Part shown: positions 15,831 to 45,031 of the stretch, in pieces
Numbering within the stretch: the stretch's first letter is position 1
How the letters are laid out: each line of letters starts with the position of its first letter
From: the human T2T-CHM13v2.0 reference genome, Homo sapiens
Direction: 5' to 3' (one strand)
Assembly: GCF_009914755.1 (NCBI RefSeq)
Contig: NC_060944.1
Length of the DNA: 64,000 nt
The notes under the pieces: model-generated
The model's database searches: none
What the model was told of the DNA's origin: nothing
What the model saw: the letters and a program-made list of their open reading frames with translations, nothing else
Made by a program: the position numbers and the translations under genes

Positions 15831-17691
15831 TCATTAAAAATTATTTGTTAATTTATTTACTTTTACATTTCTGTGGTATATATGGGGTACATGAGACACT
15901 TTGATACAGGAATACAATGCATAATAATCATAACAGGGTAAATGGGGTATCTATCACCTCAAGAATTTATCCTTTCTTTGTGTTACAAACAATCCAATTA
16001 TACTCTTCAGTTTTTTGTTTGAGATGGAGTCTCGCTTTGTTACCCAGGCTGGAGTGCGTGACACGATCTCGGCTCACTCTGCCTCCCAGGTTCAAGTGAT
16101 TCTCCTGCCTCAGCCTCCCAAGTAGCTGGGACTACAGGCACGTGCCACCACACCTGGCTAATTTTTTGTATTTTCAGTAGAGACGGGTTTCACCACTTTG
16201 GCCAGGCTGGTCTCGAACTTCTGACCTCAAGTGATCTCCCCACCTCATCCTCCCAAAGTGCTAGGATTACAGGCATGAGCCACTGTGCCTGGCCTCTTTA
16301 GTATTTTTGTTTTAAAATTTTGTTTGTAGAGACAAAGTCTCACTATGTTGCCCCAGCTGGTTTCAAACTCCTACACTCAAGCAATCCTCCTGCCTTGGCT
16401 CCCCCAAATTTTGGGATTACAGGCGTGAGCCACCATGCGCAGCCTTTTAGTGTTGACACCCTTGTTGAAAATTAGTTCAGTGTAGACATACTGATTTAAT
16501 TCTGGGTTCTCTATTCTTTCCCATTGGTCTATCTGTCTGTTTTTATGCCAGTACTATGCTGTTTTGGTTACAGTATAATTTGAAGCCAGGTAATGTGATT
16601 TCTCCAGTTTTATTCTTTAGCTTTGGCTATTCTGGATCTTTCATGGTTCTATATAAATTTTAGGATTATTTTTTATATTTCTGTGAAGAATGTAATTGGT
16701 ATTTTGATAGGGATTGCACTGAATCTGTAGATTGCTTTGGGTAGTATGGACATTTAAACAGTATTAATTCTTCCAATCCATGAACATGGAGTATCTTTCC
16801 CTTTTTTTGGTATGTCCTCTTCAACTTCTTACATCAATGTTTTGTAGTTTTCATTATAGAGATCTTTCACTTCTTTGGTTAAATTAATTTTTAGGTTTTT
16901 ATTTTACTTGTAGCTATTGTAAATGAGATTATTTTCTTGATTTCTTTTGCAGATTGTTTGCTGTTGGCATACAGAAATGCCACTGATTTTTGTACATTGA
17001 TTTTGCATCCTGCAACTTATCAGTTCTAAATTTATCAGTTCTAAGAGATTTTTGGTGAAGTCTTTTGTTTTTTCCAAATATAAGGTCATATTATCTGCAA
17101 ACAAGGATAATTTGACTTCTTCCTTTCCAATTTGGATGCTCATTACGTCTCTCTTTTGTCTAACTGCTCTAGCTAGGACTTCCAGTACTATGTTGTATAA
17201 CAGTGGTGAAAGTGGGCACCCTTGTCTTCTTCTAGATCTTAAAAGAAAGGCTTTCAGTTTTTCCCCATTCAGTATGATACTGGCTGTGCGTCTGCCATAC
17301 ATGGCTTTTATTGTCTTGAGATATGTTCCTTCTATCCTGTTTTTTGAGTTTTTTTTATCATGAAGGGTTGTTGAATTTTTCAAATGCTTTTTCAGCATGA
17401 ATTGAAATTATCATGTGGTTTTTCTCCTTCATTCTATTGATATAATGTATCACACTGATTGATTTGCATATGCTGAACCATCCTTGCATCCCTGGGATAA
17501 ATCCCACTTGGTCATGATTAATGATCTTTTTAATGTGTTGTTGGATTCTTTTTGCTAGTATTTTGTTGAGGATTTTTACATCAATGTTCATCAGGGATAT
17601 TGACCTGTAGTTTTCTTTCTTTTTTTTTTTTAATGTGTCTTTGTCTGGTTTTGGTATCAGGGTAATACTGACCTCATAGAATGAGTTTGGA
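15831..17691 (-). mobile_element. 5'-truncated L1 (L1MA/PB-age) inserted in the ERV protease; Alus at ~16010-16294 and ~16305-16445
   Basis: ORF2 RT peptides ([50 protein letters not shown]); L1 3'UTR at 15840-16010; residual TSD aataagcc at 15823-15830 and 17692-17699. Confidence 0.9.
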
Positions 17692-17972
17692 AATAAGCCC
17701 TGCTTGTGATTATAGTAGCATTTTGGGTCCCCAGGGAATAGCTTCAAATCAGAGCCAGTGTAGAATATACCTTGAAAGCTCTGGGTATTTCCCTCTTTCT
17801 TGAAATTTCTTCCTTTTCTCTGGGATACACTCAGGTAAGTGTTAGGCTCCTCTGAAGAGCTTAAAGGAAAATAGTTTATACTTGTGACAGTCACAGGAAC
17901 TTTTCTCAAGGAGATCTAGCCTTCCCTACATTTCATGGGCCCCAGGGCACTGAACTGGGTAAGAGATTACTT

Positions 17973-18427
17973 CTGCAGGACAGTTCTCTGGGTGTCCTTG
18001 GACTGATCCAGTTCTCCCCACTTTCTTGTTTACAATTCTCTAAAACAACAGTAGAATGTGCTGGAATGTAATATCTTGACATAGGAAGGGACTAGCCAGA
18101 ACTTCCTGGGCTCTGTTCCAATCCCCCCAAAGCCCGCCCCGAACAGGATGTCCTTCAGTGCTTTAGCCCAGTGATCACATTGCCCTGGGTCATAAAACCC
18201 AAGCCAAGCTACTTCCAGGGTCCCACTGCTGCAGTGCAAGTGAGGCATACACAGTCAAGGCATTATCCACCTTGGGCAGCATTCCTGAGGCTTGGGGGAC
18301 CAGGCTTCTGTTGTCCTTTGCTCCTATCTGTAAGTAATAAATCTGCTTCATGTAACTTGTGAATATGAGTGTTCTGTCCCACCGGACTCAGACAAGTTGG
18401 TAGCCAGTGCATGGTGAGCCTGTTTCA
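17973..18427 (+). mobile_element. Solo ERVL-type LTR (MER54/MER73-like)
   Basis: gcaggacagttctctgggtgtccttggac... TATA-like cataaaa, AATAAA, end ttggtagccagtgcatggtgagcctgtttca; subfamily uncertain. Confidence 0.55.
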
Positions 18428-18432
18428 CCACT

Positions 18433-18783
18433 TTATTAGTCTGTTTTCATACTGCTGATAAAGACATAGCCAAGACTGGGCAATTTACAAAGGAAAGAGA
18501 TTTAATTGGACTAACAGTTCCACGTGGCTGGAGAAACCTCATAATCATGGTGGAAGGCAAGGAGGAGCAAGTCATGTCTTACATGGATGGCAGCAGGCAA
18601 AGAGAGAGCTTGTGCAGGGAGACTCCAGCTTTTCAAAGCCATCAAATCTTGTAAGACTTACTATCACAAGAACAGCATGGGAAGGAACTGCCTCCATGAT
18701 TCAATTAGCTCCCACTGGGTCCCTCCCACAACACGTGGGAATTCAAAATGAGATTATGGTGGGGACACAGCCAAACCATGTCT
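18433..18783 (-). mobile_element. THE1B solo LTR (MaLR)
   Basis: ttattagtctgttttcatactgctgataaagac...ggggacacagccaaaccat; 5-bp TSD ccact at 18428-18432 and 18784-18788. Confidence 0.85.
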
Positions 18784-20099
18784 CCACTTAAAGTTAGGTC
18801 TCTGCTCACTGGACCCAAAGTTTTTCTGACTATACAGAGCAAGTAAGACTTAAACTGCTCAAATGTTTGATTTCTAGGGACAATATGATGAATTCACCTC
18901 CAGTAAAAGTCCCTGTGGGTCAAAATATTCCAGTGGTTGCTATGGCTCTGCTGCTATGATGGAGTTTGCACCCAACTCATCTCTGGCAGTAAGTGCTGCC
19001 ACTTAGACTCTGCCACTCCTCATCAAAACCAGGAAGCCCATTTCAGTGGTGGCACTTCCCACTGTCACACCTAGGCTATAGAGGAAAGTACTCCAGGGCT
19101 TTTGAATGGTACTAGTGCTTTCTCTGCCAGTGCTTGCTCAGTGACTTAGTGAAAGGAGTGTCCTCTGGGCCCCCCTGGTGGACTTAAATGATAGGGTTAT
19201 TTAAGGTGATAGGGTCAGGGTCAAGTCATACATAACAACTGGCTGTGGTGGGGCACCTGTAATCCTAGCTACTTGGGAGGCTGAGATGCGAGGACCAATC
19301 GAGCCCAGGAGTTTCAGATCAGCCTGCGCAACATAGTGAGACCCTGTCTCAAAACAAATTAAAATTAAAATTAAAAAAGAAAGATGTCACCCCATGATAT
19401 TTTAAAAAACCGTACATAGTAAATCCATCCCAACATTTCTATTTCCTTAAAACTTCGAATTCCTCCCTTAATAGTATCTTAGGGAAATTCTAGCATCTCA
19501 ACTTCAATGAATGTAGACCACCACTAAGTCCAGGTTTCAGTCAGTCAATCCAGGAAACCATTAGAGTCACTCGCAAATGCTGAGATAACATATTAAATCT
19601 AGACTCTCCAGAAAATGCATGAATATCCATAAATTTAACCCAGCCTAATATGGTTTGTTCTTCTTGGTCTGGCATCTTTATGTTCCATTGCCACACATAC
19701 TCCCCCAGGTCTCTGTCAACATACATCAACAAAACATTTTTATTCTTTGGTATCATAGACTCTCTTTGGGTCAGACTTTGAACTTGCTCTCCTGGGGTGT
19801 GTAAGGGTCTGGAAGCAGTGAAGGGTGCTGGAGTTGGCCTTGAGGTGAGGCACCCCCTTGCAGGAAACTGTCTTGGATGAGGTCATTACGAGTCTTCCAG
19901 CAAGAGAATGATCTTCTCAGAAGAGGAGGAGGGCTGCTTCCACTGTTAAAGAGGACCTGGGTTGATTTGGAGGTTCAAGGTTGGCAGATTCATCTGATTT
20001 TACCCACAGGGGTCCAAACTGTATGTGAATAATGGAATGGAGCCCATGAGCCTGCCATTGCTACTGAATGACTGGGGGCACTGCTGTCGCTACTGAAGC

Positions 20100-20440
20100 T
20101 CATGTTACTTCACTGCTGCTGCTGAAAAAAAAAAAAACAGAAACCCCCACTCCTGCTGATTGCTAAAATGCTTTTCATGTTGTTAGAGCCCAGGATCATC
20201 TATAGTCACCTTCAGTCACCCACTGCCACTGTCAGAGCCCATTTCTAGAATCAGAGAAAAAATTAAAAATGTCCTCGTTTCCTCCACCTCCCAATCTCCA
20301 CCAGTGTCTTCCACTAGCAGAGCCCAGAGGAAAGCAGGATGAGAAATGCACAATGCAGGCTTCCCATCCTGGGGATACAGAGGAGCACGTGGAGGGGAAG
20401 GGTGGAGGTCAGAGTCAACGGGCATCGCCCAGGACACTAA
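20100..20440 (-). mobile_element. Old ERVL LTR remnant (LTR33-like), possibly the 5' LTR of the decayed provirus
   Basis: ctcccaatctccaccagtgtcttccactagcagagcc...gcaggcttccc resembles LTR33 reverse strand; position just 5' of gag. Confidence 0.4.
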
Positions 20441-20639
20441 CCCTGCTGAACTTCAGGTCCCTCGCCTCAAATACAAAGTTAAAAATTCACCCCCTACTTA
20501 CCTCTGCAGATTATGTTGAGGAACTAAGATAATGATTGTGAGATTACTTTATAAATTAATCAAGTGCTGTACATTTGCAATAGAATGTTATTATTCCAGT
20601 TATTATTACAGTTGCATGGGTTATTTATATTGTTGTTGT

Positions 20640-21056
20640 AATAGGTACTGGGACTGCCACCCTTGCTCCCCCAGTGGCTGGGAGGATTGGCTGTTAATGG
20701 CTCACAGCTGAGTCCCTCTTGGGGCACTGCCTCAGCTGAAGGGAGCTGTCTCATTCAAGGTTACTCCAGTTCCCTAAGGGTAGCTTACATCCAGCGACTG
20801 GTAGGTACAGAGATAGAAAGGTCTGACCCTCCTTACTTCAATTTAGGACATCTCTGAAGGGCCATCCGAGACCCACAACTCTCCACAGGATCAGCTAAGG
20901 TTCTGGAACAACTGCATCATAGTTCAACTTCTCTCTCTGCCCTTCCCTGCTTGTCTCACTCCCTTGCAGGTGATGTTTCCAAGAGCACTTCCCAATAAAC
21001 CTTCTAAATGTAAATCTCATCTCAGAGTCTGTTTCTGAGGAAACCATGCTAAAGCA
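20640..21056 (+). mobile_element. LTR16-family solo LTR (ERVL)
   Basis: Typical 3' end cccaataaaccttctaaatgtaaatctcatctcagagtctgtttctgaggaaacc. Confidence 0.75.
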
Positions 21057-21961
21057 ATTATCGTGGTGCTTTCAAGTACCATCACAAACATCTGACCCTT
21101 AAGACCACCCTAAGATGCAGAAAGGGCACAGAGTGTTACACATACTCCTTGTTCAGATGAAGAAGTTGAGGCTCAGTGAGATTAAGTAGCTCACCCAAGG
21201 TTGCACACAAAGTCAAGGTGGAGTCAGATCTGAGCACAGCTCTCTTGACTCTCTGACAGGTGTTTTGACCATTTCACTTCCAGGGAGAAAGCACAGATGC
21301 CTGTTTGGGGGGTCCCAAGGATTAGAGCTGGGAGGATGCTTCCAGTCAGCCTCTTCTGTCTGCTGGAGCAGAAGCAGATTAGTGTTGCCCTGGGCTCGGG
21401 ATCCCTAGCAGGAGGACAAGGAGGAGAATCCATTTACAAACACTCCGGAAGCACCTACCCTGGGCCAGAGTCATTAAATAGGACCCAGTCCCCACCCCCA
21501 GGGAGCCTCCAGCTTTGGGGCTGAAGAAGAGAGCAATATTGCTTGAAGGTAAGGGGAACTCTGGAAGCAGGATGGAAAGCAATTTTGGCCAGAACAATAA
21601 GTGAAAGACTGATCAGCAGGAAGAGTCTGCTGAGATTTGGGGATGACTGCCCACAGCAAAGACAGAGAAACTCCCATCTCGGTTTGGAGACAGGGAGGGT
21701 CTTCAGTTGTTAGAAGAGCTGGCAACTCTTCCTAGAATCTGTGGAAAGACTGTTGCCCAAATGAGCTGTCTCCAATAAATGGCCAACACACAGTAGCTTT
21801 TCTAAGGATATCTGCATGAAGAGAATGAGGAACCCCAGCTTGGAGAAGTGGGAATAAAGGAGATGGAATACAGGGGCTGGGAAGTGCAGAATCATTAGGG
21901 TGAACGCTGAGCTGTTTTAACAAGAGGGAAGAAACACCTGGAGCTTAAGAGCGTAAAAGTT

Positions 21962-23561
<1,600 letters not shown>

Positions 23562-24139
23562 TCCTGGTCCCATTCTGTCTCTCAGAACATCATGGAGAAA
23601 ATCCAGAGTGGGAGACAGGAAGTGTCAATACATAGGCATTTACCCAGAAATCTGTCAGCTGCCCAGCCTTCTATGAGTTGCCATCAGGTGCTTCAGAAAT
23701 GAAGACGACGGTGGCTATCAGAGTTCAGTAGTCTGATGGACAACACTGCCAGGACTGTGGTAGTAGGTGTCCCCAAAGTTTAGACTGTTAAGAAAGGTCT
23801 CTCCATCATTACAGGATTCCTGCTGGGGAGGACAGTAAGGGCTTCTAAAGGGCATATTTTCTTTAGCTCATTGGTTCCTCACTGCCAAAGTCACAGACTC
23901 AATTGCCTAGATCACATCAGCTTATCTCCAAAGACCTGTTTGGTTCCTTTCTAGCAACCTACATTACCTAAAGGCCTTAGTTTTCTCATCTCTGAAATGG
24001 AGCTGATAATAATAGCTTCCATTCATTGACTACTAACTATGCACTCTGAAATTTACATAAATTATTTCTAACCCTGAGAAGTGCAGTTTTTATGTTTCAT
24101 GGATGAGAAAACTGAGGCTCAGAGAGTTCAAGTACTGAA

Positions 24140-25990
<1,851 letters not shown>

Positions 25991-26345
25991 GGCAGAGCTG
26001 GGATATGAAGCATCAGATGTGTTAGGAGCCAAAGCCTTTGCTATTTTCTCTATGGTGTAGGTTGTTGGTAACTACAGGTGAGAAAATACAGTAAAAATGT
26101 CAGACCCTAAATAAAAAAATGAGGAACAAATGCTTGTTATTAATGTTATTCATGGTTGCTTTATTATTATATTGATGATACTAAGTCATTTCAGGGTTGT
26201 TGGGGGATATTTAGGAACTATAGTGCCCAGGCTTCTGAGAGAGACATCCTTAGGCAAAAATATAATATTACGTAGCCCCCATAGGTGCCTGACATTTTAA
26301 AACTTATATTTTCCAACCCGTGACTTCATTAAGGCAATTAAAGAT

Positions 26346-31115
<4,770 letters not shown>

Positions 31116-31283
31116 CTAGGTTGCTATCTAAACAGGTGCGACCAGCTTACCTCCCTTCTCCTAAGGTATGAGAATCCCTGTTTTCTGTACTGTGTGTGTT
31201 CAACTTTAAAACTCCCCAGAGACTGTATTCGAGGTTTCTGGGACAGTTTCTAAAGGTGTTTAAACTGTAAAGGATTTCTCCTA

Positions 31284-31655
<372 letters not shown>

Positions 31656-32110
31656 AGACCTCTGCAGTTTATTCCTCTGGGAATTAGGTCCAGCTCCCCA
31701 TGTCCATTAAACCTATGTGAACATGTGCAACCAGGCCTGAACTACATTTGTGTGTTGATGTAGAGAAAAAGGAGGCAGGGCTGCAACAAAGTCCACCCAG
31801 AGGTCTGCTTCCCCCATCATTCACCAAGAAACCAGCTGCCACAACAGCTCTGAGTGGGAGTTTCTTTTCATGTTGTTTCCAAAAATAAAAGCCATAGTCA
31901 GCTTGGGAAGAACTTTTCATCAAGCAGAACAGAGAAACAGTAGAAAAGATTCAAAGAGTTGGTGAGATTATCCAGTCCAACCCCATCGTTTATTACAGGA
32001 GGAAATTGAAACCCAGAGATGTTGAGTGACTAGTTCAAGGTCACACAAAAGAGTGGAAAAACCAGCAGCAGAACCCACCTCAAAGCCAGGTGCTCTAACT
32101 TCCAGCTGAG

Positions 32111-32489
32111 CATCTTAGTCCATTTTGTGCTGCTATAACACAAGACCACAGACTGGGTAACTTATAAAGAACAGTGACTTCTTACAGTTCTAGAGGCTGG
32201 GAAGTCCAAGATCAAAGGGCTGGCATCTGGCTAGGGCCTTCTTGCTACATCATCCTATAGTGGAAGGCAAAAGGGCCAAAGATTTTGGGGGCTAGGGGAC
32301 AAACTCATCCTTTATAAAGATGCTCCTCTCATGGTAACAAACCCACTCCCCAAATACTGGCATTAACCCATTCATGAGGCCAGAGGCCTCATAACCTGAT
32401 TACCTCTTAATGGTCCCACCTCAATGCTGTTGCATTGGGGATTAAGTTTCCAAGACATGAACTTTGGAAAATATATTCAAACCACAGCA
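32111..32489 (-). mobile_element. MST-family (MSTC/D-like) MaLR solo LTR
   Basis: tcttagtccattttgtgctgctataac...ggctgggaagtccaagatcaa...attcaaaccacagca. Confidence 0.75.
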
Positions 32490-33515
32490 CTGAGTGCTCT
32501 TTATGTTACAGCAGGGAGTATCTATGATCTCCACTCACAGTCCTTTAAGGCTAACTTCCTTCCAATCTCAGTTGCTTTTAAAAATGACAGGAAAGTGAGG
32601 CTTCTTGAAAATGGATGTCCGCATAAAAATCATGGTAACATATCTATGAGCCTTTGTGTGTGCTGTCCCCACTGCCTTGGATTCCCTTCTCTGCCTAACT
32701 GCTTGAACTCCTCCTCATCCATCAAAACCCAAAGAATTGCTGCCTTCTTTGAAAATATTCCCTGACTCTCCAGGGCCTCTGGTTGTTCCCTGCTTTATGT
32801 TCTTGGCCCTGACCTTGCCCCAGCACTCAGAACCCTTTATGGCAGGATTGGTTCTTCTCCATGAGAGTGAAAACTCTTCCAAGGCAGAGATGGACCAAAT
32901 TCATCTTTGCAACACCAGCACACAGCTTAAGCTACAAAAGGATGGACTTTGAACCACAATCTCCACGCGGAGGGGAGTTTATCATTCCACCCCAGCTCCC
33001 AGCTCACAGTGTGAGCCCAAGAAGGGTTTGTTGCTGCCAAAGGAATCTGAACAGGGAAGTTCTGCAACAGGAGGGGATTCTGATCCTGGAGCCACGGAGC
33101 TTTCAACAGACACTTCCTGGACGTGCCAAGCAGGTCAGGCTGACAAACGAGTGGGCACTAAAAGGCACAAGAAGCTCTCACATGTGTACAGGCCTCCAGG
33201 ACTACAAAGCACTTGCAAAGGTGACCTCATCTGAGTAAACTTTGAAAGTGCTCTTCAGTGTTGCTTCTGTGAGGCCTACTTCACTTTTTACCAAGAGAAC
33301 TGCTCCCAAGTCTGGCTGATCCTGACCTCAGGACTGTAAGACATGAAGGTGGCACACAGGGAAGGAGTAAGTCAAGCTAATAAATACATGTCTGAACATG
33401 CATTTATATTACAAGACATACGGGGAAAAACAGGAGCAACTCTAGCCATAAAATAACCCGTATATGACAAGTTAAATTGAGAAAGAATTACCTACTTTCA
33501 CGAAGTGCGCTGAGG

Positions 33516-33579
33516 TTTATTGGGCTCTGCGCTTCCTTAAGAGTATTAGAAAAGAACACACAAAATGCTGAAATATGGG

Positions 33580-33605
<26 letters not shown>
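33516..33605 (-). terminator. FITM2 distal polyadenylation region
   Basis: Minus strand: two TGTA elements, ATTAAA (33605-33600), then GU-rich TTTTGTGTGTTCTTTT downstream element (~33565-33550); second hexamer AATAAA at 33521-33516. Confidence 0.75.
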
Positions 33606-37360
<3,755 letters not shown>

Positions 37361-37976
37361 TTATTTCTTGTAACTATCTTGCTTCAAATTCAAACTACAG
37401 CTCTGGGGAGGAAGTCCTGGGGAAAAGGCTTTCGGATACCAAAACCCGTATGTCCCGTACCAGCTCAGCAAACCAAACAAGGTGCCAAACACCTTCTGGG
37501 ACAAGTTGTGGAAATAAACAGCTGTGCACAGAAACATCAACACCCAGATGAAAGTCAGAATGCCCAGGGCCACAACCAGGGTGGTGATGGCGGTGTGGAG
37601 GCAGTGGCTTCGGTCCGTCTTCACCTCATGCAGCACAGACATCTCTTCTACAATCATGAGGGCGCAGAAGGTCAGCAGGAAGGAGTGACCTGAGATGTCA
37701 AAGCCATGCCAAAAGCCCCCTTCCTGGTGGCACTGCTGCTTGCTCTGGTGTTCCTTTCTGACCCCCTCCAGGGCTGGGGACTGGTAGCAGCTGCCCGTGT
37801 AGTGTTCGATGTTGGAGAAGATGGAGGTGCAGATGTACCAGATGGCCGTGCCCACAAGCAGGGTGCTCAGCCGCCGCAGGACCAAGCCAGCCTTGCCGGT
37901 CAGATGGTAGTTGGTGAGGGCAATGAAAGGCAGAAGGAGACAGAACGTCCAGGCCCAGGCCACTTTGACAAAATAC
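37361..37976 (-). CDS. FITM2: FITM2 exon 2 (fat storage-inducing transmembrane protein 2, ER acyl-CoA diphosphatase)
   Basis: Acceptor ctttcctcctctgtcAG|G at 37978-37977; peptide YFVKVAWAWT...GFDISGHSFLLTFCALMIVEE...TAVYFHN...KQDSYKK*; lipid-phosphatase-type SGH and YFH histidines plus FIT FLL signature; 616 nt. Confidence 0.97.
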
Positions 37977-38102
37977 CTGACAGAGGAGGAAAGTGGAAGT
38001 GAAGAGAGGGAACACGGTGGAGAGGACACCATGTCAGGACTCAGGTCTCTACACTGTCAGGGGAGGGAAAATGAGAAAACTGATCAAAGCTACAGCTCAT
38101 AG

Positions 38103-38873
<771 letters not shown>

Positions 38874-39208
38874 TTAATATCTGCCTTTAACAGAGAAGAA
38901 AACTGAGACAGAGGGAAGTGCCACACCAAAAGTGGAGGCCAGAAGCGGAGGAGCCAGGATTCAAATCCAGGATCTGTCGTCTTAAGCACTATGTTATTTA
39001 CTTAGGAAAATAATATAAATAAATAATAATAACTGAGCATTTACCAAATGCCAGGAGCTTTCACACACATTCACTTTCCCATAGAGCACTCACATTTACC
39101 CTGGGAGGAAGGTGCCATTGTTCCATTTTATAGACAAGAAATCTAAGGCTCAGAAAAGTTCAGTACCTTGCCAGGGTCACACTCACACAACCAGCATGAA
39201 CAGATTAA

Positions 39209-40400
<1,192 letters not shown>

Positions 40401-41711
40401 TAAGGTCCCTTCTATATCCCAGGATTCACTAGTTCCCTCTCATTAATCAGCACAGAGGCTTGGAACAAAACTCCAGGATCCATGACTACCTTCAAACAAC
40501 AGGGGTGTGTTGTCAGCCAGGCCACTTGGCTCCCAGCTCACCTAGGCCAGAGGAAGCAGCAGCTGCCTTGTCCGCCTCCCCAGCGTTCACGAAAGGTGGC
40601 TGACCTAAACCCAGGACAGAGACTTGGGGCCACTACCACTCTCATGATCTATTCTTAGCCCAGCCTCTCAGGGTGGGTGAGGAAGGAAGGTGGACCAAGG
40701 ACAGAAGGACTTTTTTCTAGGTTCCAATGGATTCTCAGGCACCACCCCCAGGCCTGTCACTAAAATCTTCACTGGGACTGATAAGGAAGATCTTGCCAGA
40801 GCCAAGACCCGTCAGGCATTTGAGGAAGCTGCCTGTGAAAGGAACCAGGGTTTTAAGCAGATAACCAAAGTTGGGCTGACTTTCAGGACACGCCAGAGAC
40901 ACTTATTCTGGAAAACACTTAGGCTCACATCAAGGGAGCAGTTTTATCTTTCAGAGTTTCCCTTTATGACCGCAACAGAGTTTTTGTGCAATAAACTTAC
41001 TAACCGGGAGTTTTGAAAAAAGCAAGTAAGCAAGCAAAGGAGTGGATGGGTGGAGTTAAGGAGATGTCTCAAAGCGCCCAGCTGGGATTGCTTTTCTGGG
41101 CCACTGCCATGCATTCTGAGTGGCTGAGATGATCCAAGGAGATCCAGGGGAAAGGGCACAGACTAGGGGGTTCCAGCCCTCTGTGAGTATCTCACAGGCG
41201 GGGGCTCTGCCTGTCACAGGCTGGGGCGAGGCTCTTCCACAGGTCGTAAAGGGATTCTGTCACGCGCTGGAGGGATCTGATCTGACGCAGGGTGGGGTCT
41301 GCGCGGGGTCTGCCACAGGCAGGCAGGACAGAGGTGAGATGGCATCTCCCAAACAGGGCAGGGGTCAGCTCCTAACTCCAAGGGGAGGCGGGGGAGTGGT
41401 GACAGGGGCTGGTTCATCCCCACCCCATTCCACACCCCTACATATACAGAGACACACACGACCCCGCTTGTCACCACCTGCCCAGTCAAGCTCATGCTGC
41501 CCAAAGTGGGTCTGCAAACACGAACTGCTAGTGACACCAGCTACCCCGGGGCCTCCCAGGCGTGACACGCGTGCAGATGCTGCTGTCACGGCTAGGAGGA
41601 GGACCTCCCCTCCAATGACTCGTCCACCACGGCAGCTAGCACCGGCTTCTCTGGGCGAGGCGACAGCGGGCCGGCTCGGGCGGGGACAGCGGAGGACCGG
41701 GGTGCACTCAC

Positions 41712-41884
41712 ACGTTGAGGACGTTGCGCTTGTTGCTGAGGTAGCTCTCGGGCAACGGGGACAACTCCTTGAGGAGGGAGCCCGCCAGCATGGAGGCCAC
41801 CAGGGCCCAGGGCAGGTAGCGCCGCACGGCCGCCCGCACCAGCGTCCCCCGCAACAACCACTCGCAGCGCTCCAGATGCTCCAT
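41712..41884 (-). CDS. FITM2: FITM2 exon 1 coding part
   Basis: ATG at 41884 in strong Kozak context (GGC ATG G); MEHLERCEWLLRGTLVRAAVRRYLPWALVASMLAGSLLKELSPLPESYLSNKRNVLNV; 173 nt. Confidence 0.97.
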
Positions 41885-41974
41885 GCCGGATCTCGTCAGC
41901 CACCGTCCTCCTCTCCGTGCCCTCTCGGCCACCGTATCGCCCTTCGCCCGGACCTGCGCCTCCACCTCCCTTCG

Positions 41975-41986
41975 AGCGCATGCGCA
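41975..41986. promoter_or_regulatory. NRF1 binding site
   Basis: aGCGCATGCGCA, 11/12 match to palindromic TGCGCATGCGCA, about 90 bp upstream of the FITM2 ATG. Confidence 0.8.
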
Positions 41987-42424
41987 CTGCCCGCGAGTCC
42001 CACAGCTTGAGGCGTGCTTGGGCTCCGGAGCCCGCGCGCTCCCCCTCGTGGCCGCTGCTGCCTCTGGCGCGTGACGGTCCCCGAACTCGCTCGTCTCCTC
42101 TGCGCTCTCCTGGCCGCCTCCTCTCCCCGAGCCTCCGCGTCTTGCTCTGGTCTGGGAAAAAGCGCTTGTGAAAGTATTTGCTGGAGGCTGGAAGAGGATA
42201 AATGTAGCCCTGGAGAATTGGAGCAGTAGTCACAGCATCATTTGATCTTTCTTGGAGCCTCGGAGACACCTCTGCCATCTGAGTCTTAGTTTTCTCATCT
42301 GTAAAATGCGAGAGACAAGAGGAGATCAACCTTTCCCAAAAGCTAGTTTATGAGCTCAGGGGTTCATTACGTTGGCACACGTAGAGGGACATGAGATGAA
42401 GTTTCCTTAGGAATAATTATTGTA

Positions 42425-45031
<2,607 letters not shown>

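Larger units (their letters stand above)
41540..42170. promoter_or_regulatory. FITM2 CpG-island promoter
   Basis: High GC and CpG density spanning exon 1; no TATA box seen. Confidence 0.9.

Noticed and set aside
37977-38032. ATG-initiated N-terminus MVSSPPCSLSSLPLSSSVR of the 223-aa FITM2 ORF
   Set aside because: Intron 3' end in frame with exon 2; spliced exon 1 gives the canonical 262-aa protein and no promoter is evident here
41120-42329. Long ORFs over the FITM2 CpG island (296 aa +, 245 aa -)
   Set aside because: Non-ATG starts and low-complexity R/G/P/A composition expected from GC-rich DNA; no family resemblance
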